Source: Vulcanimicrobiales bacterium (lineage in GTDB: Bacteria > Vulcanimicrobiota > Vulcanimicrobiia > Vulcanimicrobiales > Vulcanimicrobiaceae). Taken from it: DNA of 64,000 nt. Within the stretch, counting starts at the first letter, position 1, and each line of letters begins with the position of its first letter. Location: assembly GCA_038231455.1 (NCBI GenBank), contig JBBRLI010000002.1, positions 64,001-128,000 on the forward strand. Reading direction: 5' to 3'. The notes beneath the pieces were generated by a model, which was not told the DNA's origin, did no database searches, and saw nothing but the letters and a program-made list of their open reading frames with translations. Below, in pieces: positions 20,591 through 30,867 of this stretch. The position numbers and the translations under genes are program-made.

Positions 20591-21474
20591 TCGAAGAGAC
20601 CTTCGACGCCGAAGAGGCCGCGCGGGCGAATCAAGAGCACGATGCCCATGATAACAAAGCCGGTCAGCTCGACGGCCGGCGGCCAGACGAGTTCCATCAT
20701 GCTCGAGAGGATGCCGATGGCAAGTCCGCCGACGATCGCGCCCCAGAACGAGCCGATGCCGCCGACGATCACGATCACGAACGTGAGGATGATCCACTGC
20801 GAGGCAAGAGCCGGCTGCACGGCATAGATCGGCGCTGCAAGCGCTCCGGCGAGCCCCGCCATAAGCGAGCCGATCCCGAAGACCAGCGTGAACATCGCGG
20901 GCATATTGATTCCGAGGATCTTGACCATCTCGGCATCGCGCGTGCCGGCCCGAATGATGATGCCGATGTTCGTCTTATTCAGGAGCAGCCAAACGAGCGC
21001 TAGGACGACGATCGTCACGATGACGAGAAACACGTCGCGGTAGAATGGCAGCTGCAGTCCGAGGATGTTGATTGGGTTGCTGAGGTAGTCAGGCATCGTC
21101 ACGCGAACCGCGTCGTCGCCCCAGACCGCTCGTACGATATCTTTAAAGATGAGCGCCGTACCGAAGGTCAGCAAGAGGGTGTATTCGGGGAGCCGTTTAT
21201 AGAGCCGCCGCACGAGCAGAAACTCGAATGCCATGCCGATCACGCCGACGAGCAAGGCCGCAAGGACGATCGAGGGCCAGAAGCCCACGTGCGGCGCGAG
21301 CGTGAACGTCAGGTACGCCCCGAGCATGAAAAAAGCGCCATGGGAATAGTTAATCACCCCCATCAGTCCCAGGATGATGTTGAGTCCGAGGGCGACGAGG
21401 ATATAGAGCATCCCCAAGGTCACGCCGTTAACGAACTGGTCCGTCAAGAGGCCGGCATTGATATCGATAAGCAA
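20587..21474 (-). CDS. livH: HAAT-family ABC permease
   Basis: NG...G..Y.L.ALGL..I.G...VIN..HG motif; IVGGIGS..GA. Confidence 0.92.
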   Translation of the reverse strand: MLIDINAGLLTDQFVNGVTLGMLYILVALGLNIILGLMGVINYSHGAFFMLGAYLTFTLAPHVGFWPSIVLAALLVGVIGMAFEFLLVRRLYKRLPEYTLLLTFGTALIFKDIVRAVWGDDAVRVTMPDYLSNPINILGLQLPFYRDVFLVIVTIVVLALVWLLLNKTNIGIIIRAGTRDAEMVKILGINMPAMFTLVFGIGSLMAGLAGALAAPIYAVQPALASQWIILTFVIVIVGGIGSFWGAIVGGLAIGILSSMMELVWPPAVELTGFVIMGIVLLIRPRGLFGVEGLFE

Positions 21475-21690
21475 GAAAGTCTCTTACCTGGGTGGCGCAG
21501 GGCGAAAGTCGGTTCCAAATTCTCAGATACGGGGCGACCCCCTCTCAAGTCACCGCGGTATTTTCATGAACTCGTCAACATCGCTAGGACAAGCCGCCTC
21601 GGGTTTGAAACTGTCGCGATTCGCCGATGGTTAAAGAGACAACCAAATCCGATTTAACGCGGTGAGGGACACTCAGGGAGTCTAACCGTC

Positions 21691-24192
21691 ATGTCAATGT
21701 GGGAACCGTTCACCGAGCGCGCACGGCGCAGCATCGTTCTAGCGCAAGAAGAAGCGCAACGACTCGGCAATAATTATATCGGCACCGAGCATATTTTGCT
21801 CGGGATTATTTCGGAGGGCGAGAGCCTGGCCGCGAAAGTCCTCGAGACCCTTGGTGTGAACCTTGCGAAGGTACGCCAAGAAGTCGAGGCGATCGTGGGC
21901 CGCGGCGGACAAACCGTCCAGCAAGAAATGGTCTTCACGCCGCGTGCCAAGCGCGTGATCGAGCTTGCGTTTGAAGAAGCGCGTCAGCTCAATCACAACT
22001 ATATCGGCACCGAGCACTTGCTGCTTGGATTGATTCGCGAAGGCGAAGGGGTCGCCGCGCGCGTCCTCACCAACCTCGGCGTCGATCCGGCCAAAGTGCG
22101 CGTGCAAACGACCTCGCTGCTTGGAGCCGAAGGCCAGCCGCCGGCACCCAAGGGCAAGTCGAAGACGCCGACGCTCGATGCGTATGGTCGCGACCTTACC
22201 ACGCTGGCGCGCGAGAACAAGCTTGACCCGGTTATCGGCCGCGCAAGCGAAATCGAACGCGTGATTCAAATTCTCTCGCGTCGCACGAAGAATAACCCCG
22301 CGCTCATCGGCGAACCCGGCGTCGGCAAGACGGCGATCGCTGAGGGCCTCGCGCAGCGCGTCATCAAAGGCGAAGTCCCCGAGCCCCTGCGCGATCGTCG
22401 CGTCATTACGCTCGACCTCGCCGGACTCGTTGCGGGCACGAAGTACCGCGGCGAATTTGAAGAGCGCATGAAACGCGTAATGGATGAAATCCGCGGCGCG
22501 GCCGGCGAGATCATTCTCTTCATCGACGAACTGCACACGCTCGTCGGTGCGGGCGCTGCCGAAGGCGCGATCGACGCATCGAACATCATCAAACCGGCGC
22601 TTGCGCGCGGTGAACTACAATGCATCGGCGCGACAACGCTCAACGAGTTCCGCAAGCACATCGAGAAAGACTCGGCCCTCGAGCGCCGGTTCCAGCCGAT
22701 CATGGTTGGCGAACCGTCGGTCGATGAAACGGTCGAGATTCTCAAAGGCCTGCGCGACCGCTATGAAGCGCATCACAAAGTCACGATCACCGATGAAGCC
22801 CTCGTTGCCGCAGCCAAGCTCGGCGACCGCTATATCGCCGACCGCTTCTTGCCCGATAAGGCCGTCGATCTCGTCGACGAAGCCGCATCGCGCGTGCGCC
22901 TGCAAGCATCGCTTCCGCCAAAAGAAATCCGCGACGTCGAGACCGAGATCCGCAAGATCAAGGCCGAAAAAGAATCCGTCGTAAAGTCGCAAGAATTCGA
23001 GAAAGCCGCCGCCATTCGCGATCGCGAAGAGAAGCTGCGTCTCGAGAAAACGCGCCTTGAAACCGAGTGGAACGACAAAAAATCGAAGTCGGATGCGGTT
23101 ATAAAAGTAACCGAGGAAGACATCGCCTACATCGTTTCCGCCTGGACGAAGATTCCCGTTGCGAAACTCGCGCAAGCCGAGACGCTCAAACTGCTCGGCA
23201 TGAAAGAGCAGCTTCACAAACGCGTCATCGGTCAAGATCAGGCCGTCGAAGTCATCACGCGTGCGATCCGTCGCTCGCGTGCGGGTCTCAAAAATCCCAA
23301 ACGCCCGATCGGCTCGTTCATTTTCCTTGGCCCAACGGGCGTCGGCAAGACCGAAGTCGCGCGCAGCGTGGCGGAATTCTTGTTCGATGATTCCGAGTCG
23401 ATGATCCGCATCGATATGTCGGAGTACATGGAGAAGTACGCGGTCTCGCGTCTTGTCGGTGCACCTCCGGGATACGTCGGATACGAAGAAGGCGGACAGC
23501 TCACGGAAGCCGTGCGTCGCCGTCCGTACTGCGTCGTGCTCCTCGATGAAATCGAGAAGGCACATCCGGATGTCTTCAACCTCTTACTGCAAGTGCTCGA
23601 AGACGGTCGCCTGACCGATTCGCAAGGGCGCGTCGTCGACTTCAAAAATTCGGTGATCATCATGACTTCGAACGTCGGGGCCACCGGAATTACGTCGTCG
23701 ACCGATATCGGCTTCCGTCCGCAAAAAGACGGCGGTAATACCGACGAACAGCAGTACGAGAAGATGAAGAACAAAGTGCTCGACGAGGTCAAGCACACGT
23801 TCCGACCGGAATTCATTAACCGCGTTGACGAAATCGTTGTCTTCCACCAGCTCTCGCGCGGACAGATCGAAGAGATCGTCGGCCTGGAACTGGAGAAAGT
23901 CATCCGCGAAGTCAAAGCGCAAGAAATGCACCTCGAAGTCACGGAAGACGCGAAAGCGCTGCTTGCCAAGAAGGGCTGGGATCCCCAATTCGGAGCGCGT
24001 CCGTTACGTCGAGCAATTCAGCGCGAAGTCGAGGACGAGCTTGCCGAGGAGATGCTCCGCGGCCGGTTCGGATCGGGCGACCGCATCCTTGCCGAAGTCG
24101 ATCAGGACAATCCGGAGAAGCTGAAATTCAGCAAAATCCCGTCGTTCGAACCACCTGCGGCAATGCCGCCGGAAGTAGCGCAACCGACGTAG
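21691..24192 (+). CDS. clpC: ATP-dependent Clp protease ATPase subunit ClpC
   Basis: Two Clp-N repeats (HNYIGTEH), two AAA modules ([16 protein letters not shown]), short UVR-type middle coiled coil. Confidence 0.97.
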   Translation: MSMWEPFTERARRSIVLAQEEAQRLGNNYIGTEHILLGIISEGESLAAKVLETLGVNLAKVRQEVEAIVGRGGQTVQQEMVFTPRAKRVIELAFEEARQLNHNYIGTEHLLLGLIREGEGVAARVLTNLGVDPAKVRVQTTSLLGAEGQPPAPKGKSKTPTLDAYGRDLTTLARENKLDPVIGRASEIERVIQILSRRTKNNPALIGEPGVGKTAIAEGLAQRVIKGEVPEPLRDRRVITLDLAGLVAGTKYRGEFEERMKRVMDEIRGAAGEIILFIDELHTLVGAGAAEGAIDASNIIKPALARGELQCIGATTLNEFRKHIEKDSALERRFQPIMVGEPSVDETVEILKGLRDRYEAHHKVTITDEALVAAAKLGDRYIADRFLPDKAVDLVDEAASRVRLQASLPPKEIRDVETEIRKIKAEKESVVKSQEFEKAAAIRDREEKLRLEKTRLETEWNDKKSKSDAVIKVTEEDIAYIVSAWTKIPVAKLAQAETLKLLGMKEQLHKRVIGQDQAVEVITRAIRRSRAGLKNPKRPIGSFIFLGPTGVGKTEVARSVAEFLFDDSESMIRIDMSEYMEKYAVSRLVGAPPGYVGYEEGGQLTEAVRRRPYCVVLLDEIEKAHPDVFNLLLQVLEDGRLTDSQGRVVDFKNSVIIMTSNVGATGITSSTDIGFRPQKDGGNTDEQQYEKMKNKVLDEVKHTFRPEFINRVDEIVVFHQLSRGQIEEIVGLELEKVIREVKAQEMHLEVTEDAKALLAKKGWDPQFGARPLRRAIQREVEDELAEEMLRGRFGSGDRILAEVDQDNPEKLKFSKIPSFEPPAAMPPEVAQPT

Positions 24193-24205
24193 AAGTACGT
24201 CCGGC

Positions 24206-27200
24206 TTGACCCCATTCGCTACATGGCGATCGCGCTTACCGGCGTCGATCGGCAACTGGTTCGCCCGCGACCTCACGCGCGTCGCGCTCGCTCTCGCAGA
24301 GAGCGGGCGCGTCGTGCTTCGTGTAGTCGAAGAAGCCAAAATTGAATCGACCGTCAAAGACAAGACGGCCGCTAGCGTTCTCATTGAGTGGTCGACGGGT
24401 ACCGGCCCGCAGGCACTGCGAAGCATTTGCAGCTGTGGCGGGAGCGGCATCTGCGAACATATCGTGGCGACGCTCGAAGCCGTCCGCACGCAGAGTGCCA
24501 CCGTCCCGGTCGCGGCCGGTGCTGTCGGCGCGGAACCCGGCGAGGAACACGACTATACGTGGCTGCCGACGCTCGATGTCGAGCCGCCTCGCGCCCGCGC
24601 GCGCAGCGTGTGGCCGGTTCTCTCGAGCGCCGATGGCAAGACCCTCACCGGCTCGCTCTACTTAGATACGCCACGTTTACGCGGCGTGATTCGGGATGCC
24701 GAATCGATTCTTACGATGATGGACGGGACGCCTGGCGATGACTGGGATGAGTCCGACCGTGAGTTGATCCATGATGAAGCAACGCAAGAAGCCTTCGGTC
24801 CGCGCACGGCGCCCAAGGCCCTTGCGCGCGCCCTCTTCCGCCTCGCGCGTCACCCGCGCTTGCGCTTCGACGATGCGCCCGGTGAGAATCGCCATCCCTC
24901 CGAACTAACCCCTTTCGCAATTGATTTGCGTGGCTTGCGCCTGCGCGCGACGCGCCGCGGCACGCGCTTCGTACCGACACTCGAAGACGGTGACGGCCGT
25001 CGGCACGATCCGGCCAAGGCGTTCGTCCTCGACGGCCCGCCCGCGTGGCTGATCGTCGATCGCATTGCGTACTTGCTCGATGCGAGTTTCGATCCGCGCA
25101 AGATCGTCGCTGCGGCGCAAGACGCCGCTGCCGAGGGTCAAGCCGCAACGAACGGCACGGCACCCTCGACGGCGACGATCGCGCGTGTCGCGGCGTTCTT
25201 ACCGCCCGATGAGCGCAGGTCACTTGGCGTAAGTGACGCGTTGGAACCGGCGCTGCTCGCGCGCATGATGTGGCGCGACGGCGCGCTGCTCGCGCGGCTT
25301 GCGTTTGTCGACCGCTCGACCGATGCGCGTACCACGTTCTCGATTCACGGCGCGATCGCGCAGGTCGACGGAAAGTTCGTGCGCTTCGGCGCGCACGTCG
25401 CGCACCGGCTCTCCAAGCGCTTTATCGATTCCGGTTTCGTGCCGCGCGGCAACGACGGATTCGCGTTGCACTCGGCCGACCGCGCCGCAACCGTCATTAA
25501 AGAACTGCTGCCGACGTGGGACGACGTCGAAGTGCGGCTCGACGATAGCCTCTCGGCGCTCGGTGGTGAGGGCGGCAAGATCGATATCGCGATCTCGACG
25601 CGGCCTTCCGAACCCGACGCCGATGGCGGCCCGCGTCAAGACTGGTTCGAACTGAATGTCGACGTGTTCATCGGCGACGGCGAAGCGCTGACCCAAAAAG
25701 AACTAGCCGCGCTGCTGAGCACGACCGGCCGTTTTGCCGAAGTCCGCGGCAAGCTCGTCGACGTGAGTCAACTGCGTTCGCGCGGTCAACTCATCAACGA
25801 AATCTCCGAACGAAAACAAAACGGCCTTGCCGCCCTCGTTGCGCTGCGAGACGAATTGCACGAATCGTTCGCCTCGGTCACTCTTCCCGAAGAAGTCGAA
25901 CGTCTGCGCGAGCGCTTGCGCGATTTCCAAGGGATCGAAGAAGTCGCGCCGCCTGCGGAACTTGCCGACATTTTGCGCGGCTACCAGCGCAAAGGCCTGG
26001 ATTTTCTCGCGTATCTCTCATCGTTCGAATTCGGCGGCGTGCTCGCCGACGACATGGGCACCGGCAAGACGATCCAGGTGATCTCGTATCTCTTGCGGCG
26101 CAAACAAACCGAAGGCCAGGCGCCCTCGCTCGTTATCGCGCCGACGTCGGTTACGCACACCTGGGAAACCGAGATCGCGCGTTTCGCCCCCGACTTGAAG
26201 ACGCTCCGTCTTCAATCCGGCAGCGACCGGGCGCAGCGCTTCGAACAAGTGAACGATGCCGACGTCGTCATCACGTCGTACGCGCTCGCGCGCTTGGATG
26301 CAGCGATCCTCGAGAAGTTCAACTTCCGCACCTTGATCCTCGATGAGGCGCAGAACGCGAAGAATCCGAGTTCGCAAATTGCGCGCGTCGTGCGTAACTT
26401 GCGGGCCGATCACCGCTTAGCGCTTACCGGTACGCCGGTCGAAAATTCACTTCGCGATCTATGGGCGATCTTTGCCTTCGTCGAGCCCGGTTTGCTCGGC
26501 AGCGAATCCTCATTCCGTCGCCGCTTCGAGAATCCGATCGCGGACGGCGATGAAAAAGCCGTTCGGGCGCTGCGCTCGCGTCTCGAGCCGTTCGTGCTTC
26601 GCCGCACCAAAGAAGATGTCGCAAAAGAACTTCCGGCGCGCACGGAGGCCGTCATCGAATGCGACCTCTCGCCGCTGCAGCGGCGACTCTATCGCGGTAT
26701 CGCTGAAGCCGCGCGCCGGGACGTGCTCGCGCAGCTCGACGGTGAAGGCGGAATGGAAGGCGCAACGGTGCACGTGCTCGCAGCGCTCACGCGTTTGCGG
26801 CAGGTCTGCGCGCACCCGGGTCTGCTCGTCCCGGCGTACATCGACGAACCCGAAGCGAGCGCCAAGTTCGATGCGTTCATCGAGACGATCGAGGAAGTGC
26901 TCTCGGGCGGCCACCGCGTACTCGTGTTCTCGGCGTTCGCCTCGATGCTTAAGATCATGCGCTCGGCTCTCGAGAAACGGAATATCAGTTTCAACTATCT
27001 TGATGGCTCGACCAAAGACCGCGACCGTCAGACCGAAGTCGAGAATTTCATGAAACCCGACGGCGCTCCGGTGTTCCTCTGCTCGCTCAAAGCCGGCGGC
27101 GTCGGCCTCACGCTCACCGCCGCCGACTATGTCGTCCTCTACGATCCGTGGTGGAATCCGGCCGTCGAACGTCAGGCGATCGACCGCACGCATCGCATCG

Positions 27201-27379
27201 GACAGCATCGACCGGTGACGGCGTACCGCATGGTCACGCGCGGCTCGGTTGAAGAAAAAATCCGGGCGCTTGCCGAGCGCAAGAGCGAGCTTTCAAAAAC
27301 CGTCATCAAAGCCGATAGCGCGGTTGCAAAGTCGCTCACGCGCGAAGACCTCGAAATGCTGTTCGCCGACCCCGACTAG
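24206..27379 (+). CDS. SWIM zinc finger / SNF2-family helicase-ATPase
   Basis: CSC....CEH SWIM; LADDMGTGKT, DEAQ, TGTPVEN, SLKAGG.GL.LT.AD, DPWWNP, QAIDRTHRIGQ. Confidence 0.93.
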   Translation: MTPFATWRSRLPASIGNWFARDLTRVALALAESGRVVLRVVEEAKIESTVKDKTAASVLIEWSTGTGPQALRSICSCGGSGICEHIVATLEAVRTQSATVPVAAGAVGAEPGEEHDYTWLPTLDVEPPRARARSVWPVLSSADGKTLTGSLYLDTPRLRGVIRDAESILTMMDGTPGDDWDESDRELIHDEATQEAFGPRTAPKALARALFRLARHPRLRFDDAPGENRHPSELTPFAIDLRGLRLRATRRGTRFVPTLEDGDGRRHDPAKAFVLDGPPAWLIVDRIAYLLDASFDPRKIVAAAQDAAAEGQAATNGTAPSTATIARVAAFLPPDERRSLGVSDALEPALLARMMWRDGALLARLAFVDRSTDARTTFSIHGAIAQVDGKFVRFGAHVAHRLSKRFIDSGFVPRGNDGFALHSADRAATVIKELLPTWDDVEVRLDDSLSALGGEGGKIDIAISTRPSEPDADGGPRQDWFELNVDVFIGDGEALTQKELAALLSTTGRFAEVRGKLVDVSQLRSRGQLINEISERKQNGLAALVALRDELHESFASVTLPEEVERLRERLRDFQGIEEVAPPAELADILRGYQRKGLDFLAYLSSFEFGGVLADDMGTGKTIQVISYLLRRKQTEGQAPSLVIAPTSVTHTWETEIARFAPDLKTLRLQSGSDRAQRFEQVNDADVVITSYALARLDAAILEKFNFRTLILDEAQNAKNPSSQIARVVRNLRADHRLALTGTPVENSLRDLWAIFAFVEPGLLGSESSFRRRFENPIADGDEKAVRALRSRLEPFVLRRTKEDVAKELPARTEAVIECDLSPLQRRLYRGIAEAARRDVLAQLDGEGGMEGATVHVLAALTRLRQVCAHPGLLVPAYIDEPEASAKFDAFIETIEEVLSGGHRVLVFSAFASMLKIMRSALEKRNISFNYLDGSTKDRDRQTEVENFMKPDGAPVFLCSLKAGGVGLTLTAADYVVLYDPWWNPAVERQAIDRTHRIGQHRPVTAYRMVTRGSVEEKIRALAERKSELSKTVIKADSAVAKSLTREDLEMLFADPD

Positions 27380-27381
27380 GG

Positions 27382-27693
27382 TTAGGACGTGGAGAAGGTC
27401 GCCTCGCGAAGATGCGTCGCTACGTCCGCCGCCGCTTCTTCAAGCGTCGCATCCGTCAGCGCGTAGACTAGCGCATCGCTATGTTCGACGCGGCTGTCGA
27501 TCCGGTCGCCAATCGTCGTGCCGCGCGAAACCGATGGAGCCATCACTACGCGTTGCCCCACGGCATGTAAGACGACCCCACGCCGTCCGAGCATCATCGT
27601 CGTAAGATCCGCATCGGGTGTCGAGACCTCGACATCCGGAAGATGTTGACGGACGCGTTCTGCGACCGCGGCGAGCCACTGCGTACCATCCAT
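27382..27693 (-). CDS. hypothetical protein
   Basis: 103-aa ORF filling the gap, GGAGA RBS upstream; no family recognised. Confidence 0.6.
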   Translation of the reverse strand: MDGTQWLAAVAERVRQHLPDVEVSTPDADLTTMMLGRRGVVLHAVGQRVVMAPSVSRGTTIGDRIDSRVEHSDALVYALTDATLEEAAADVATHLREATFSTS

Positions 27694-27870
27694 GGTGTAT
27701 TTTTCTCCGGACGTGCGCCGCGTCCTCGGAGCGCTTGCTCGCCCGCCCAGAGAGTCTAGCTGAAAATTAATGATTGACTGCTAACGAGTTGAGCAAGGGC
27801 CTCGTTCACAGACCGGCACGAACTCTCGAGGTTCGTGGATTTTGCGGACCCTTTTCTTGGAGGATCCCCG

Positions 27871-28305
27871 ATGAAGACGTTATGTCTTGCCGCAATTGCG
27901 GGCTTCTTGCTCGCGAGCGTTCCGTTTGCCCCAAGCGCGGCACTAGCCGCCTACCACGTCGTGGCTCCCGCCGATGAATATTTCGGTCATCAGCGTCTCA
28001 GTATCTTGGGCATGCGCAACATGCTGCATGACCTGCAGCGCGATTCGCAAAACGGTGCCCGGGGCGATGAGAGTGTCGTCAACAGTGCTCGCGCCGTTGA
28101 AGACGCGATGCACGATTGGCAGTCGCGCTATCCCCTCGATCCGTGGCTACCGCGCTATATCTACCAGCTCGACGGACTCTACCACCGCGTCGATTCTGAC
28201 GAAGCGCACGAGCGCGCCGAACGCGTCCACGCGTGGCTCATCGCCTCGTATCCGAATTCGGTCTACGCGCGGCACGCGCGCGAGAACGACTTTAACCGCA
28301 GTTAA
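27871..28305 (+). CDS. secreted helical hypothetical protein
   Basis: GGAGG RBS, signal peptide MKTLCLAAIAG..., APADEYFG motif, C-terminal YPNS. Confidence 0.75.
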   Translation: MKTLCLAAIAGFLLASVPFAPSAALAAYHVVAPADEYFGHQRLSILGMRNMLHDLQRDSQNGARGDESVVNSARAVEDAMHDWQSRYPLDPWLPRYIYQLDGLYHRVDSDEAHERAERVHAWLIASYPNSVYARHARENDFNRS

Positions 28306-30377
28306 GTCCCTTTGTCCGCTCCGATGTAGCGGATGTATTTTATCGTTGCGGAGGGACGCGTGATGAACGCACTCGCGTCACCGTAGACGAAGTAGAGTTC
28401 ATCGTGCTTGCGGCGCTGCGAGAATGCGAACGACACGTTCGTCCCAAGGACGAACTGCGGTAGCGTGCCGACCGGCGGCGGGGCGCCGACGATTTTTCGC
28501 GCTCCGACCGAGAACGAACCGTTCGCCCCAAGCGTATAGGTGAGACTCGCGCGTTCGAGTCACTGCGTCGCTCGTGTGTGGTTATCGCCAAACCAGTCGG
28601 TGGTATCGGCGCGCAACGTCACCGTCGTGCGCGGCCCACCGAGGTGGAACGATGCCAAGCGCTGCGTCGAGACCAGATTTCCATCGGCAAATCGACCTTT
28701 CTGAATACCGATCGAATCTTGCGTTGCCGTGCCGAGCAGATAATCTACGTTGATTCCGTTTTGGTTGAAGGGCCGCAGCAGGTCGCCGGGGAGCCGCACG
28801 TAGGACGAGCCCGTGGAGATAACGGCCGAGAGCTTTTTCTTCGTAAATGCATTCATGTAGACGTTGTAGTCGGCGAGATTCGTGCCCCCGGTCGATGCCA
28901 CGTAGTGATCGACGAAGGCGCCGTATCCCATTTGCGTGATCGGCTTTTCCGGTCCGAATTTTTGAGTGTGATTGGCTTGCGCGCTGTACCCCGCAAGATC
29001 CGTTAATTGCACGAAGCCATCGTAGGGACTAAAGTATTTCCCGACCTTGCGCGCGCTAACCGAGTAGAAATCGCGTTTGCTCGACCAGCCGAGCCCCGCG
29101 TCGAGGCGCTCTGCGCTTGCGTTATCGAGGACGAGCGTCCCGCGGTCGGCGCTGTAGTTGACGTAGGCCAACAGGTTCTTGTTGCTGTTGTAAAAGAGAT
29201 CCATCGTCTGCGTGACATCGTGGATATCGCCCTGACTTCGACCGAGGTCCGCACTCTCGCGAGAAAATGAGACCGCATAGTGGCGATCGTCGGTCCGCCA
29301 CGTCAGACCCTGCGCCGTATCGATTCGGCCGTTGCCGACGGCATCGAATGCACCGAAATTGAAGCGGCCTTGCGTCCCTTCAATTTGGTAGCCATCACGC
29401 GGCGTTGGAATCGCCGGCGTATAGAGTTCGCTGATCCCCGGACAACCGAAGCAATCCGTATTGTCATAAAAGTGCGCCCCTTGCGTAAAAAACGGGCGTA
29501 CCTCATTGAACGAACGGCGGAACGCGGTCGGCGAGATCGTTTCTTGATCGCGCTCGACGTTGGAATAGTCGGGATGGATCGTGCTCACAAAAGAGGCGGT
29601 CGACGTAATCGGTATGGCAATGTCGGCACCGGCTCGCGACGTCGATCCGCCGACGTCCGCTGTTGCGCGTTCACCTAAGGTATAGAAACCGATGCGCGGT
29701 TTGGTTTTGGCCGCCGTACTGACGAGCCCCGCGAGCGTGCCGGCGTATTGCGACTCCGCGACACTCTGCTGGCTTGGGTTATGCGACCACTCGAAGGTCT
29801 CGTTGTCGTGCTGTTTTCGGCGAGCAAACTGCACGAGCCATTGCGTGCGGCCGTCTCCGCGAATCGCGGCGAGCGGAATCTTCATTGTAACGGAGTAGCC
29901 ATCGCCGCGCACGATCCCCGCCGACTGCCACTCGGGTGAATACGCGGAATTCTCGGATGAGGTCTGATAGTGAATTCCGCGCGGCGTAGCCGCAAAGCTG
30001 TAGAAAAATCCGTTCTTCCCGCTCGGCCAGAGGAACACGTCGACCTCGTCGTCTGTTCCTTGCCCGACGTTGTTGGTCTGCTGCGTCGCGACGATGTCGT
30101 TTTTCTGTTGCGCGTCGAAGGCGACGTACAGATACGCCTTGTCTGCGGCGACGTAGACGTCGGTCGATTCCGGCGCCAGCCGATTGAGCGTGTAATCCCA
30201 CGCGAGCGTGAGATGCGTCCCGGCCTTCCATCCCTCGCGGATCGTGCCGTCGATCGGCAATGGCGCTTTGCTTTCGGCGGCTTGCAGCGCGAACGTTTGC
30301 GAGCTAAGCTCGTCTGCACTTGCAGCAAGCGGTACGCACGCGACGATCGCCGCCAGAAGAAGAATCGATCGGTTCAC
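28302..30377 (-). pseudogene. CBM9-like/DUF5916-like outer-membrane protein interrupted by in-frame TGA at 28560-28562
   Basis: Signal peptide, PIDG, LYVAF, PDYSNVE.D, E.RPFF; after Q* the frame continues LERASLTY...KYIRYIGADKGT* to 28302. Confidence 0.75.
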
Positions 30378-30829
30378 GGCAACTCCGGCGTCGGCAGCAG
30401 AAGGTTGGTTCCGGAAATCGTCGCGCCGCTGAGGTTCACTCCGCTCAGACGCGCGCCGGTCAAATTCGCATCGGTGAGATCGGCACCTTGGAGATTTGCG
30501 CCGGTCAACCGTGCGCCGTGCAAATCGGCGTGTCGCAGGTTCGCCTGCGAAAGATCGCTGCCGGTGAGATTCGCATCGTGGAGATCCGCGCCCTCAAGAT
30601 TCGCGTGCGTCAGGTTCGCGCCGCTGAGCGAGATTCCGTGAACGTCGGCGCCGCGCAAATCGATGCCGTGCAGATCGCAGCCCGTGCAGCGAAAGAAATT
30701 CGGCAGCCGCATGTGCACCGAGATGAAGGCCGGCGGTTCGGGTGGGATCGGTTGCGGTGCGTCGTGATGATGGGGCGCGAGAAGCAGTCCCGCAAGAAAA
30801 GCGCCAAGGCCGATTGCGATTCCATCCAT
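30374..30829 (-). CDS. pentapeptide-repeat protein with N-terminal hydrophobic segment
   Basis: CTGCDL cap followed by A(N/D)LxG pentapeptide repeats. Confidence 0.88.
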   Translation of the reverse strand: MDGIAIGLGAFLAGLLLAPHHHDAPQPIPPEPPAFISVHMRLPNFFRCTGCDLHGIDLRGADVHGISLSGANLTHANLEGADLHDANLTGSDLSQANLRHADLHGARLTGANLQGADLTDANLTGARLSGVNLSGATISGTNLLLPTPELP

Positions 30830-30830
30830 A

Positions 30831-30851
30831 CAACTATATCCTTAAGAGTCG
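30831..30851. promoter_or_regulatory. putative BlaI-family operator 1
   Basis: CAACTATATCCTTAAGAGTCG; overlaps the AAGGA RBS of the 30829 gene. Confidence 0.65.
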
Positions 30852-30867
30852 AGTGCAGAAAAATAGA

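Noticed and set aside
11836-28562. Alternative genetic code, or Sec/Pyl recoding, to explain the two internal stops
   Set aside because: The stops differ (TAG and TGA), both terminate many normal genes here, and the positions fit Tyr and Trp point mutations.
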